Assembly: GCA_963767925.1 (NCBI GenBank)
Contig: CAVYGB010000002.1
Span: 1,472,001 to 1,536,000 of the forward strand
Source of the DNA: an uncultured delta proteobacterium
Lineage (GTDB): Bacteria; Myxococcota_A; Polyangia; Fen-1088
DNA length: 64,000 bases
Direction: 5' to 3'
A model generated the notes under the pieces. It was given only the letters and a program-made list of their open reading frames with translations. It was not told the origin of the DNA and made no database searches. The position numbers were made by a program, and so were the translations under genes. Shown piece after piece: positions 9,841 to 19,898 of the stretch. The first letter of the stretch is position 1, and every line of letters starts with the position of its first letter.

Positions 9841-12687
9841 TCAGAACTCCCCTCGCATGCCGAGGATGGTGAGGATGGGAAGGCCCTGCTGCGGGCGGGA
9901 GTCGGAATAGTCGGCGTTGTACTGGAGGCCTTCGGGGTTGGCCCGGTTGTAGACGTTCTGGATGTCGAGGTACAGGCTCAGCATCCAGCCCTGGTAGATC
10001 CAGCGCTTGTCGATGCGCAGGTCGAGCTGGTGGAAGGTGCCGATGCGGGCGGTGTTCACCTCGCCGTAGATCGGGTCGTAGCGGTCGAAGCTGGCGTTGA
10101 ACACCGAGCCGACCACCGGGGTGATCGGGTTGCCGCTGACCAGGCGGAAGCGGCCGCCGACTTGCCAGTTGCGGGGCAGCAGGTAGCTGGCCACGGCCGA
10201 CAGGATGTGGGTCTGGTCGTAGTCGAACAGGCGCTCGCGCGTTTCGCCCGAGTCGGTGCGCAGGGCGCGCGACAGGGTGTAGGCCACCCAGCCGGTGAAG
10301 TTGTTGGCGAAGTCGTGGCGGGCCACCACCTCGAGGCCATAGACGCGGCCCTTGCCCCGGTTGTCGTAGATCAGCGGCCGGGGGCTGCCGTCGGCGGCCA
10401 CGTCGATGTCCTCGGTGCGGCTGATCAGGCGGCGCAGGTCCTTGTAAAAGCCGGTCATGTCGAGGGTGAGGTGGGGCAGGGGCTTGATCTCGTAGCCGAG
10501 CGAGTAGTGCCGGGCCCGCTCGGCCCGCAGGTCGGGGTTGCCGAACGTGGGGTCGTTTTCGCCCTGCTGGAGGTCGGGCTCCTGCACGAACAGGCCGGCG
10601 CCCCCCTTGACGGTTAAGCCGGGGACGAGCTGCCAGCGGGCGGTGAAGCGCGGCTGGGCGATGGTCTGCCCGGTGATGTCGAGGTAGTCGACGCGCAGGC
10701 CGGGCAGCAGGGTGAGGTCGGGCAGCGGATTCCAGTCGAGCTCGAAGAAGCCGGCCGGGCGCCACAGGGTCTGGCCCTTGCCCTCGCTGCGCCGGACATT
10801 CGAGGGGTCGAAGGCGCCCGGCGGCTCCCCCTCCTTGGGCGGCAGGGGGAGCTGCACCAGGAAGTCGGTCTTCGAGAACAGGAAGTCCAGCCCGTACACG
10901 AGGGCCAGCGACTTCGTGAGCTGGTTGCGGGCGGTGTCCCGGATCTGGCTGCTGTAGATGCCGACGTCGAGGATGAGCTGCCCGAAGCGGGCCTTGAACC
11001 AGTCGTGGCCCTGCGACAGGCGCAGGTTGTTCTCGAAGCTGCCTCCGGGGACGTAGCGGTAGGTGAAGAGCGACCGGTAAAACGTCGTCGAGGTGGAGAG
11101 CGAGGTCCCCGCCAGCAAGGGGTCGGCGTCGGCCGGGTTGGCGAACAGCAGGCGCAGGCGGTCGTCCGAGCCGAAGAAGAAGGCGCGCAGGTCGTGGGCC
11201 GCGCTGGGGCGGTAGTTGGCCAGGAGCTGGTAGTCGTAGTAGCGGGGCGCGGTCACCAGGTTGACGGCGGCGTCCGAGGGGACCACGGCGTCGAGGATGT
11301 AGTCGATGTACGACCGGCGGCCGGCCACCGCGAAGGACAGCTTCTCGTCGACCGGCACCTCGAGGTAGACGCCGGTGTCGAGCAGGCTGACGTCGGCGTA
11401 GCCCCCGATCTTCTTGGGGGCCAGCTTCTTGACCTGCACGTCGATGATGCCGCCGGTGGCCCGCCCGTACATCGGCGAGAAGTTGCCCGGGTAAAACTCG
11501 ATGGTGTCGAGCATGCCGGCCGGGATCACGCTGCGCAGGCCCCCGAAGTGATAGATGAGGGGGATCTCGATGCCGTCGACGAACACCTTGCTGTCCTCGG
11601 GGGCCGACCCGCGCACGATGAGCAGCCCGGCCAGCGGGGTGCGGGCCACGCCGGCGAAGTTCTGGACCACGGCGATGGGGTCGCCCATGGCGCCGGGGAC
11701 CTTCTCGATCTCCTTGGCGGTGAGGACAGTGCGGCTGACCTCCTTGCGCGGGCGGGTGGCGGTCACCGTGACGTCGAAGGGGTTGTACGAGCCGCGCTCC
11801 ACGTAATAGGTGGCGGTGACGGCCTCGCCGCCGGCGATGGTCTCGGTGGTGCGGAAGGGGAAATAGCCGGGGGCCTCGATCAGCACCTTCCACTCGCCGG
11901 GGGCCAGGTCGAAGAACTTGAAGGCCCCGTCGGCGTCGGCGGTGGCCTCGAAGCCGATCGGCGCGCTTGCCGGGAGGGTGCCGGGGGCGGCGCCCGGAGT
12001 GGGTGAAGGGGCGGGGGCGTCGGCGGGGGCGTCGCGGAACACGGTGACCAGCACGCCGGCCAGGGGCAGGCGGGTGCCCCGCTCGCGCAGCAACCCCTGG
12101 AAGTTGACCACCGGCTCCCGCACGGGCGCGGGCGGAGGTGGAGGGGCGGCGGCGCCGGGGGTGGCCGGGACCGGGGCGGGGGCCGGCTCGGGCACCCGGG
12201 GCTCGAGCTTGAACCGGTAGCGGTAGGTGAGCTGGACGGCGATCGGCTTGCCCTCGAGCTCGGCCGGCTCGAACTCGAACTGGTGGGCGGCGATGGTGGC
12301 GGCCTCGTCGAAGCCCATCCCGGGGGGGTTGGCCGGCTCGGCCACCCCCACCGCGGTCACCTGGCCCTTGTCGTCGATGTCGAGCAGCAGGACCACGTCG
12401 GCCTCGATCCCCTGGGCGGCGGCGGCCGCGGGGTACTCCGCCTTGATGAACCTGGTCTGCTTGGGGACCTTGCTCAGCTTGGCCGCCTCGATCTGCGCGG
12501 GCTGCCCCCCGGGAGGGATCTGCAAGCCGTCGGCGGTCTGGGCCCGGGTGCTCCCCGACACCCCCGCCGCGAGCGCGAAGGAGGTGAACGTGACGAAGGC
12601 CAGCGCGACCCTGCGGGCGGCGCGCGAGGCGCCGAGCGAGCGCCGGGGCGGCCGGCCCGCCCGGCGGGCGCGAAGGTCGGGGCTCAC
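9841..12687 (-). CDS. TonB-dependent receptor with N-terminal TonB-C-like and carboxypeptidase-regulatory-like domains
   Basis: YP..A...GIEADVVL TonB-C-like segment; plug motif IVRGSAPEDS..FVDG..IP..YHFGG; YGRATGGII; C-terminal GMRGEF. Confidence 0.92.
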   Translation of the reverse strand: MSPDLRARRAGRPPRRSLGASRAARRVALAFVTFTSFALAAGVSGSTRAQTADGLQIPPGGQPAQIEAAKLSKVPKQTRFIKAEYPAAAAAQGIEADVVLLLDIDDKGQVTAVGVAEPANPPGMGFDEAATIAAHQFEFEPAELEGKPIAVQLTYRYRFKLEPRVPEPAPAPVPATPGAAAPPPPPAPVREPVVNFQGLLRERGTRLPLAGVLVTVFRDAPADAPAPSPTPGAAPGTLPASAPIGFEATADADGAFKFFDLAPGEWKVLIEAPGYFPFRTTETIAGGEAVTATYYVERGSYNPFDVTVTATRPRKEVSRTVLTAKEIEKVPGAMGDPIAVVQNFAGVARTPLAGLLIVRGSAPEDSKVFVDGIEIPLIYHFGGLRSVIPAGMLDTIEFYPGNFSPMYGRATGGIIDVQVKKLAPKKIGGYADVSLLDTGVYLEVPVDEKLSFAVAGRRSYIDYILDAVVPSDAAVNLVTAPRYYDYQLLANYRPSAAHDLRAFFFGSDDRLRLLFANPADADPLLAGTSLSTSTTFYRSLFTYRYVPGGSFENNLRLSQGHDWFKARFGQLILDVGIYSSQIRDTARNQLTKSLALVYGLDFLFSKTDFLVQLPLPPKEGEPPGAFDPSNVRRSEGKGQTLWRPAGFFELDWNPLPDLTLLPGLRVDYLDITGQTIAQPRFTARWQLVPGLTVKGGAGLFVQEPDLQQGENDPTFGNPDLRAERARHYSLGYEIKPLPHLTLDMTGFYKDLRRLISRTEDIDVAADGSPRPLIYDNRGKGRVYGLEVVARHDFANNFTGWVAYTLSRALRTDSGETRERLFDYDQTHILSAVASYLLPRNWQVGGRFRLVSGNPITPVVGSVFNASFDRYDPIYGEVNTARIGTFHQLDLRIDKRWIYQGWMLSLYLDIQNVYNRANPEGLQYNADYSDSRPQQGLPILTILGMRGEF

Positions 12688-13643
12688 TGGGCCGCTCCCA
12701 GGGTGACGGCGCCTTCGGTCCAGGAGACGCCCCCCCGGTTGTCGCGCATCACCACGATGAGGCGCGAGCGGTCGCCGGCGTAGTCCTTGGTCTTGGCGGG
12801 CGTCCAGCGGTTGGAGACGGCGTCCAGGAACGGCACCTCCCCGGAGATGAAGCTTGTCTGCTCGCTGCGGGTGCTGCCGCTCTCGATGAACCAGGTGAAG
12901 ATCAGCAGCTCGTTCACCCGGGCCGGCTGCTGGTCGATGTCCTTGCCGTTGTACTCCTCGGAGGCCGCCTCGGAGGCCACCGCCCGGATCACGGTCTCCT
13001 CGTCGCGCGGCAGGGTCAGCGCGTTCTGCTCGGTGATGGGGACGAACCGGTCCTCCTCCTGCCGGGCCAGCAGCCCCTCGATGACCGGGTTCGTGTTGGG
13101 CTCGGTGGCGGGGTCGTAGCGCAGGCGCAGGTCGCGCACGGCGGTGACGGTCTGCTCGCCGCTGCGGATGACGAGCTTGATCTGCACCGGGAAGCCGCCC
13201 TCGCAGCTCGGGAGCTGGGGCAAAAAGCCGGTGGTGCCGGCGCAGAGCTGCCCGATCAGCGCCGGATCCACCGTGTGGGCGAAGCTGGCGGTGGCGCCCG
13301 CGCCGAGGTCGAAGGGGGGCAGGGTGACGCCCGCCTGCTCGAGCATCCCTGCCTGATCGGGGCCGATCAGGCAGGGATAGCCGTCGGTGGCGGGGCCGGC
13401 CATCGGGCACCAGCTCCACTCGTAGGTCACCGGCGCGGTGTCGGCCGGGGCATAGAGCAGGGCCGACAGCTCGGCGGTCTCGCCCGGGCCCGGGGTGGGC
13501 GGCTCGCTGCGGATGGCGAGCACCCGCAGCGCCGTCAGGCGGTTATAGGGATCGAACTCCTCGGTGCAGCCGGCGGCGCCGAGGAGGGCCGCGGCCAGCG
13601 GGACGACGAGCAGGAACGGCCGGAGAAGGAGTGGGCAGGGCAT
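12684..13643 (-). CDS. Receptor-associated lipoprotein
   Basis: AAGC lipobox, LRVLAIRSEPP, VVMRDNRGGVSW; stop overlaps the receptor start. Confidence 0.85.
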   Translation of the reverse strand: MPCPLLLRPFLLVVPLAAALLGAAGCTEEFDPYNRLTALRVLAIRSEPPTPGPGETAELSALLYAPADTAPVTYEWSWCPMAGPATDGYPCLIGPDQAGMLEQAGVTLPPFDLGAGATASFAHTVDPALIGQLCAGTTGFLPQLPSCEGGFPVQIKLVIRSGEQTVTAVRDLRLRYDPATEPNTNPVIEGLLARQEEDRFVPITEQNALTLPRDEETVIRAVASEAASEEYNGKDIDQQPARVNELLIFTWFIESGSTRSEQTSFISGEVPFLDAVSNRWTPAKTKDYAGDRSRLIVVMRDNRGGVSWTEGAVTLGAAQ

Positions 13644-13647
13644 CGTC

Positions 13648-14612
13648 TCATTCCTCTTGCAGGCGAAAGCGGTAGGTGAAGCTCAGCGAATAGGGGATGG
13701 GGACACCGTCGCGGGTGGCGGGCTCGTAGGTCTCGGTCAGGGCGTGGGCCCGGGCCGCGTCGTTGAAGGCGGGGTAGGGCGCCTCCTTGATGACCTTGAC
13801 CTCCTCGACGGTGCCGTCGGCGCGCAGGCGCACCATCACCGTCACGTCCGCCTCGATCCCCTGCACCTTGAGGGTCTCGGGGTAAGGGGGCGAGCTCGGC
13901 TCCCGCCGCTTCGGCTGGGTGTACGTGACGCCGCTGGTGGGGATCGGCGCGCGACCTGGTTGGGGGTGGCGGGCGCGGCCACCGGGGGCGCCTCCTTCGG
14001 CACCTCGGTGGGGTCGGCGGCGCGCTCGGCGGTCTCGCCGGCGCGGGTGTTGCCGACGGCGAAGCTGGGACCGCCGCCCCCCTCGGTCGTCGAATCGAGG
14101 CTCAGGCCGACAACCCGGGGGGGCGGGGCGGCCACCGGCTCGGGCGGCGGTGGCGGCTCGACCTTCGCCACGGGGGGCGGGCGGACGGGTTTTTTCACCA
14201 CCGGCTCGGGCTCGGGCGGCTTCTCCTCGGGGGGAGGCGGGGGCGGGGGCGGCGGCTCGCGCTCGCGCACCTGGATGTCGACCTGCTGCCGGATGGCCTC
14301 TCGACGGTCGGCCTGGAAGCCGGCCAGCACCACCCCCAGCACCACGACTGCCAGGTGCACCGCCGAGGATCCGACCAGGGCGGCCAGCGCGCGCAGCGCC
14401 CGGCCGCCGGTGCTCACCCGCCCGCGGGCCAGGGGATCGTTGTCCCGCTGCTGGGCGGTGAGGGGGGCGGGGTTGCGGGCGGCCACCCGCTCGCGGGCGA
14501 GCTGACGGGCCCGGCGCCGCCGCTCCGGGTAGGGCACCCGGGGCGCGCTCGGGACCACCCGCACCCGGGGCAGGGAGGGGCGGCGCTTCTCGTCGGGGGA
14601 CGGGGACTCCAT
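13648..14612 (-). CDS. tonB: Energy transducer TonB, frameshifted at ~13945
   Basis: TM anchor with SAVH, Pro-rich spacer, then one missing base (NQVAR/IPTSG) before the TonB-C domain YPETLKVQGIEADVTV. Confidence 0.85.
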
Positions 14613-14631
14613 GGCGGGCTGGTCGGGCGGG

Positions 14632-15069
14632 TCAGGGCGTGGGAACGGGGCTGGGGCCCCGCTCGATGTCGAGGGCGAAGGCCGAGACGCCGTTCTGCTT
14701 GACCAGATCGATCAGCTCGACAACCCGCCCGTAGGGGACGTTCTTGTCGGCGGCGATGACCGCCTGGGTCCTGGGGTTGGCGGTGGCCTCACTCCGGATG
14801 AGGCGCCCCGCCTCGGCCAGCGAGCCGACGTCGCGGCCGTTGAGCAGCAGCTTGCCGTCCCGGTCGTAGATCAGATTGATGGTCGACTCGACCCGGCTGC
14901 CGCCGCTGGCCGCCCTGGGCAGCTCGACCCGCAGGCTGGCCCGCACGATGGCGGCCGAGGTCAACATGAAGATGACCAGCAGCACGAGCACGATGTCGAC
15001 GAAGGGGATGATGTTGATCGAGGCCAGGACGCCTTCGTCCTCGGCGGCCGCGTCGTTGAGGGCGCCCAT
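14632..15069 (-). CDS. exbD: ExbD/TolR biopolymer transporter
   Basis: INIIPFVDIVLVLLVIFM, ADKNVPYG.VV. Confidence 0.95.
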   Translation of the reverse strand: MGALNDAAAEDEGVLASINIIPFVDIVLVLLVIFMLTSAAIVRASLRVELPRAASGGSRVESTINLIYDRDGKLLLNGRDVGSLAEAGRLIRSEATANPRTQAVIAADKNVPYGRVVELIDLVKQNGVSAFALDIERGPSPVPTP

Positions 15070-15082
15070 CGCGTCTGTTCCC

Positions 15083-15742
15083 CTACTCGGCGGCGGCCCG
15101 CTGCACGTCGGTCGACTTCAGCTCCGACAGCAGGATGCGGGCCAGGAGCTGCGAGCTGGTCACGGCGTCCTTGACCTTGCCCTTGAACACGTTGAAGGCG
15201 ATGACCGCCGGGATGGCCACGAGCAGGCCGACCGCGGTGGCGATCAGGGCCTCGGCGATGCCGGCCATCACCGCCGCGCTCGCCTCGGCCATGTTGGCGG
15301 CCAGGTCCCGGAACGAGCGCACGATGCCGAGCACGGTCCCGAACAGGCCGATGTAGGGGGCGTTGCTCGCCAGGGTGGCGAGGAAGTTGAGGCGCTTCTC
15401 GTAGCGGCCCCGCTCGTGCCCCAGGGCCCCGGCCACGAGATCTTCGACCGACTCGGGGCCCTTCTCGTAGGCCCGCAGCCCCTCGAGCACGACGTTTGTC
15501 TCGAGGGCGTCGTATTTCTCCAGCAAGGTGGCGGCGCCGGCGAAGTCGCCCCGGTGCAGCAGCTTGGACAGGGACTCGCGCAGCGAGGCGGTGTTCACCT
15601 GGTGCCGCTTGTAGAAGATCCAGCGCTCGAGCATGACCCCGATGGAGATGACCGACAACCCGAGCAAGAGGTAGAGCACCCACTCGGAGTTGAAGATGGG
15701 CAGACCCAGCAGGGTCTGCACCAGTGAGCCCGTGTCATGCAT
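15083..15742 (-). CDS. exbB: MotA/TolQ/ExbB proton channel
   Basis: APYIGLFGTVLGI and GIAEALIATAVGL.VAIPA. Confidence 0.95.
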   Translation of the reverse strand: MHDTGSLVQTLLGLPIFNSEWVLYLLLGLSVISIGVMLERWIFYKRHQVNTASLRESLSKLLHRGDFAGAATLLEKYDALETNVVLEGLRAYEKGPESVEDLVAGALGHERGRYEKRLNFLATLASNAPYIGLFGTVLGIVRSFRDLAANMAEASAAVMAGIAEALIATAVGLLVAIPAVIAFNVFKGKVKDAVTSSQLLARILLSELKSTDVQRAAAE

Positions 15743-16415
15743 GCGCAGCGCCTCCCTGAATTCCGTGCAAGAAGTAGTCGACGATCCGATCGGTCTGCTC
15801 GGCCAGCCGGCCGCCGGGGTTCGTGTCCCCGGGGTTGACGGCCAGCCAGCGCAGGAAGAAGCCGTGCATGATGCCGACCAGGACGCAGGCCGCCTCGTCG
15901 CGGTCCTGCCCGGCCAGCTCGGGGGCGCGCCGGCCCGCCAGGCGCAGCCACTCGGCCACCCGCGGGGTGTACACGTCCCAGCGGGGGGGCGGCGCCGGCT
16001 CGGGCCCCGATCCGGGCGAGCAGGGCAGCCCGAACCCACGCATGCGCAGGGCCATGAGGGCCAGCAGCAGCTCGCGCCGGCGGTCGGCCCAGCTCAGCAC
16101 CTCGCGCACCAGCAGGCGCAGCTTCTCCCGGAAGGGGAGGCCCCGGGGGGGCGTCACGAAGGTCTCGCCGATCTCCCGGCCCAGCAGCTCGACCAGGGCG
16201 GCGAAGATGCTCTCCTTGCTGGAGAAGTAGGCGTAGAGGGCAGGGGCCGTGAAGCCCACCTCGGCGGCGATCTCGCTCATCGAGACCGCCTTGTGCCCGC
16301 TGCGGGCCAGGGCCCGGGCGGCGGCCAGCAGGATCTCGTCGCGCGTGCGGGCCGCGGCGAGCGCGCGCCGGCGGGTGGGCGCTCGGGGGCGCTCGCGGAG
16401 GGCCGACTTAACCAC
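15735..16415 (-). CDS. TetR/AcrR-family regulator
   Basis: HTH SMSEIAAEVGFTAPALYAYFSSKESI; overlaps exbB start. Confidence 0.92.
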   Translation of the reverse strand: MVKSALRERPRAPTRRRALAAARTRDEILLAAARALARSGHKAVSMSEIAAEVGFTAPALYAYFSSKESIFAALVELLGREIGETFVTPPRGLPFREKLRLLVREVLSWADRRRELLLALMALRMRGFGLPCSPGSGPEPAPPPRWDVYTPRVAEWLRLAGRRAPELAGQDRDEAACVLVGIMHGFFLRWLAVNPGDTNPGGRLAEQTDRIVDYFLHGIQGGAAHA

Positions 16416-16441
16416 GGTTCAACCAACTTAACACACATTCA
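16406..16441. promoter_or_regulatory. Tandem putative TetR operator
   Basis: ACTTAACCACGGTTCA and ACTTAACACACATTCA, 20-bp period, imperfect palindromes overlapping the TetR start codon. Confidence 0.6.
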
Positions 16442-17020
16442 CCGGGGCTCCGGCGGGCGCCCCGCGCTCGGTCCACCGTCGCGGGCAGAAAGAGGGAGTG
16501 TGCCGCGCGCGCAGCAGAGTTTCGCCGAAGAAGCGCCCCGGTGTCCTCCGGTCCCGCCCCGGACTGTTGACGAGCGATGCAATTGTTCTCCGTGTGATCC
16601 CGGTCGCCTCACTGCGGGCGGCTCCTCCATGAACACCGGAGCGACGAAAAAGTGTCCCTGCCCGGCGTAGGTTCCCGGGGCAGGCGCCCGCACATCGCGC
16701 TGGCGGGGGATCTTCGGCGGGCGGGCCCCGGCGGGGGCGGGGGAGTCGAGCGGCACGTTCGAGAGGGAACGCGGCTGAGGGGAAGCCCGTTGAGGTCGTC
16801 ACCCGGTTTTCGAGGGGCGGGCCCCGGCGGGGCCGCTGTCACCCGATCGTCGCGGCGGTGCGCTTGTTCCCGGCGGACAGCGGGTGTTAGATCGGCAGCG
16901 CGTCTATTGGGGTCCAGCTTGCCACCCCGAGCAGGCGAGACCTGTTCGGGGAACCGGGCTCCCGGCTTCTCACCCCGAGCAGGCAGACCTGCTTGGGTTG
17001 GCTGTTCGGAGGAGGAAATC

Positions 17021-17995
17021 ATGCCTGCACACCTGCTCATCTTCGTTGCGGCGTTCGCGGTGTTGACGGTCGGGCCGGGAGCGATCCGGGCCGATGGGGG
17101 CGACAGCCCGGGGGAGGTCGACGGGCGCCGGCCCCTCCCCGCCGTCCTGGCCTTGCCCGACGGGTTCCAGCCCGAGGGGATCGCCCGCGGCCCGGGCGCC
17201 CGCCTGTTCGTGGCCGGGTTCGCCAATGGCGGCATCTACGCCCTCGACGCCCGCAGCGGCCGGGGCGACTTCCTGGTGCCCCCGCAGAGCAACGGACGCA
17301 AGGCGGTCGGGCTGAAGCTGCGGCGGGGGGCCAACCACCTGGTCGTCGCCGGCGGCGACACCGGGCACGCCTACCTCTACGACGCCCGCAGCGGCGCCTC
17401 GCTGGCCGACCTGGAGCTGGCCGTGCCGAGCGAGGCCGACCCCTCCTTCATCAACGACGTCATCCTCACCGGCGAGGCGGCCTACTTCACCGACTCGTTC
17501 CGGCCGGTGTTTTACCGGGTGGCGCTCGGCCGCCGCGGCGAGGTGCCCGACCAGGACGACGTCACGACAATCCCCCTGGGGGCCGACTTCGAGAGCGTGG
17601 CGGGCTTCAACTCCAACGGCATCGAGAAGACGCCCCGGGGCGATCTGCTCATCATCAACGGGGCCACCGGCAAGCTGTACCGGGTCGATCCGGGCAGCGG
17701 CGCGGCGACCCTGGTCGACCTGGGGGGCGGCTCGCTGGTCAACGGCGACGGCCTCGTGCTGCTGGGGCGCACCCTCTATGTGGTGGAGAACTTCAGCAAC
17801 CAGGTCGCGGTGGTCGAGCTGTCCCGCCGCTTCGACCGGGGGGAGATTGCCGAGACCATCACCGACCCGGGCTTCGACATCCCCGCCACCGCCGCCTTCT
17901 TCGCCGGGGCGCTGTACGTGACCAATGCCCGCTTCAGCACCCCGCCCACCCCCACGACCAGCTACACCGTCGTGCGGGTGCCGCTCGGCGACTGA
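17021..17995 (+). CDS. Secreted SMP-30/gluconolactonase-like beta-propeller
   Basis: GGAGGAGG RBS, signal peptide, FQPEGIA, FINDV, NSNGI, NGDGL motifs. Confidence 0.85.
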   Translation: MPAHLLIFVAAFAVLTVGPGAIRADGGDSPGEVDGRRPLPAVLALPDGFQPEGIARGPGARLFVAGFANGGIYALDARSGRGDFLVPPQSNGRKAVGLKLRRGANHLVVAGGDTGHAYLYDARSGASLADLELAVPSEADPSFINDVILTGEAAYFTDSFRPVFYRVALGRRGEVPDQDDVTTIPLGADFESVAGFNSNGIEKTPRGDLLIINGATGKLYRVDPGSGAATLVDLGGGSLVNGDGLVLLGRTLYVVENFSNQVAVVELSRRFDRGEIAETITDPGFDIPATAAFFAGALYVTNARFSTPPTPTTSYTVVRVPLGD

Positions 17996-19392
17996 GCGGC
18001 CGGGCTGGCGCTCTCGGTGGCCAGCGGGAGCTGGATCGCCACGAAGAAGGTGGCGCCCTGGCCGGGCTCGCTGTCCACCCAGAGGCGCCCGCGCATCAGC
18101 TCGACGATCCTCCGGGCCAGGGCCAGGCCCAGGCCGGAGCCGCCGTGGCGGCGCTGGGCCGAGCCCTCGACCTGGGCGAAGGCCTCGAAGATCATCTGCT
18201 GCTTGTCCCGGGCGATGCCGATGCCGGTGTCGCGCACCCGCAGCTCGAGGGCCAGGGTCTCCCCCTCGCGCTCGGTCAGGCGGGCGGCGAGGGCCACGCT
18301 GCCGGCGGGGGTGAACTTGACCGCGTTCTGCAGCAGCCCCAGCAGCAAGACCCGCAGGCGGGCGGGATCGCCCCGCAGCCGCACCCGCAGCTCGGCGGGG
18401 AGCTCCAGCGACAGGGCCAGGCCCTTGTCCCGGGCCAGGGGGGCCACCTCCCGCATCAGGCCGTCGAGCAGCTCGCCGAGCTGGAAGGGGCGGTCGGCCA
18501 GCTTCTCGTCTTTGCCCTGTAGCCGGGCCAGGTTCAGGAGCTGGTTGACGATGGCCAGCAGGTTGTCGCTGCAGCGCCTGGCCGTCTCGAGGTGCTCGCG
18601 CTGCTCGGCGGTGATCTCGCTGTCGAGCACCAGCTCGGTGAAGCCCATGACGCCAGTCAGCGGGGTGCGCAGCTCGTGGCCGACGTTGGCCAGAAACTCG
18701 GTCTTGGCCCGGGAGGCCTGCTCGGCCTGGGCCCGGGCCCGCTCGAGGGTCTCGGACTGGGCGCGGAGCTGCTCGACCAGGCCCCGGGCCATGTGCATGG
18801 CCTCGCTGGTGCGGCGGCGGAGCTGCTCGGCGGTGCGGGCGGTCGTGGCGATGTAGACCCCGGTCAGGTACAGGGTGGCCAGCTTGGCCAGCTCCACGCC
18901 CCAGCGGGGCGGGCGCCCGTCGACCCAGGTCTGCAGCAGCAGGACCCCCAGGTAAGAGAGGGCCGAGAGCTGCAGGAACCACAACACCCGCCGGAAGGTC
19001 GTGTTGGTCTGATCGGCCACCCGGATCAGCAGCAGGAAGATCAGGTAGCTCTCGTCGCCGCCCGAGACCCGGATGGCGTAGGCGAACCAGAGCACGTCCA
19101 CCGCCATGAAGAAGGTGCCGAGGTCGAAGCGCACCCGCGCGACGTAGCGAAACGAGATGGCCCAGGAGAGCAGGGCGTAGGCCAGGGAGCTGACGACGAA
19201 CCGGTAGTAGGGCGCGTCGGGGCTGGCGCCCCGGATGTAGACGTGGTGGAGCAGCACCACCAGGGACAACATGACCATCCCCAGCAGGCGCAGCAGGGGG
19301 ATCTGCTGGGCGTAATAGCGGACGTGCCGGCGGCGCTTGGCCTCCGCCGCTTCGTCGGCTTCTATGTGGACGATCGAGGGGTCCCCGTCCAT
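17962..19392 (-). CDS. Membrane sensor histidine kinase (HisKA + HATPase, no receiver)
   Basis: Multiple TMs, HELRTPL, NAVKFT, DTGIGI, GSGLGL. Start could be 19488. Confidence 0.92.
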   Translation of the reverse strand: MDGDPSIVHIEADEAAEAKRRRHVRYYAQQIPLLRLLGMVMLSLVVLLHHVYIRGASPDAPYYRFVVSSLAYALLSWAISFRYVARVRFDLGTFFMAVDVLWFAYAIRVSGGDESYLIFLLLIRVADQTNTTFRRVLWFLQLSALSYLGVLLLQTWVDGRPPRWGVELAKLATLYLTGVYIATTARTAEQLRRRTSEAMHMARGLVEQLRAQSETLERARAQAEQASRAKTEFLANVGHELRTPLTGVMGFTELVLDSEITAEQREHLETARRCSDNLLAIVNQLLNLARLQGKDEKLADRPFQLGELLDGLMREVAPLARDKGLALSLELPAELRVRLRGDPARLRVLLLGLLQNAVKFTPAGSVALAARLTEREGETLALELRVRDTGIGIARDKQQMIFEAFAQVEGSAQRRHGGSGLGLALARRIVELMRGRLWVDSEPGQGATFFVAIQLPLATESASPAAQSPSGTRTTV

Positions 19393-19478
19393 CTCCCCGC
19401 CGCCCACGCCATCGGCAGCGAACCGGGATACTTGAACAAAGCTCAAGGTGATCGGCGAGTTGCCGATGAGTAGGACGG

Positions 19479-19859
19479 ATGCGGTCAACCTCGCCCCCCG
19501 AGGGGGGGTACGTCACCATCATCGAGCAGCTCATCCGGGGGGTTCCCGTCCTCAAGGTCGCCGGCTCCCGCATCGACGCCGCCGTGGCCTTCACCTTCCG
19601 CGAGACCCTGGCCGCCATCGTCGAGCGGGGGGTGATCCGCTTCGTCCTCGACCTGTCGCTGGTCACCTTCATCGACAGCACCGGGCTGGGGGCGCTGGTC
19701 TCGGCGCTCAAGTCCTCGGGCTCGGCCGGGGAGGTGGTCGTCGCGGGGGCGCGCGCGCCCGTGCTGACGCTGTTCAAGCTGACCCGCATGGACCGCGTGT
19801 TCCGCATGTTCCCCAGCGAGGCCGAGGCGGTGGCCGCCCTGGTCCCCCGCGCGCCCTGA
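19479..19859 (+). CDS. STAS anti-sigma factor antagonist
   Basis: VLDLSLVTFIDSTGLGALV, LFKLTRMDRVF. Confidence 0.92.
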   Translation: MRSTSPPEGGYVTIIEQLIRGVPVLKVAGSRIDAAVAFTFRETLAAIVERGVIRFVLDLSLVTFIDSTGLGALVSALKSSGSAGEVVVAGARAPVLTLFKLTRMDRVFRMFPSEAEAVAALVPRAP

Positions 19860-19898
19860 GCCGTCGCGCGCGGTTCCGTCCGCGGACGCCGGAGCCGG

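Noticed and set aside
9029..11893. 954-aa ORF and similar long Arg/Pro/Gly-rich ORFs (16970..19807, 40987..43737, 47358..50633, 55293..58112)
   Set aside because: Shadow frames of real genes in high-GC DNA; no motifs.
16925..16997. Guanidine-II riboswitch
   Set aside because: Loops lack ACGR and the downstream gene is not a guanidine exporter.
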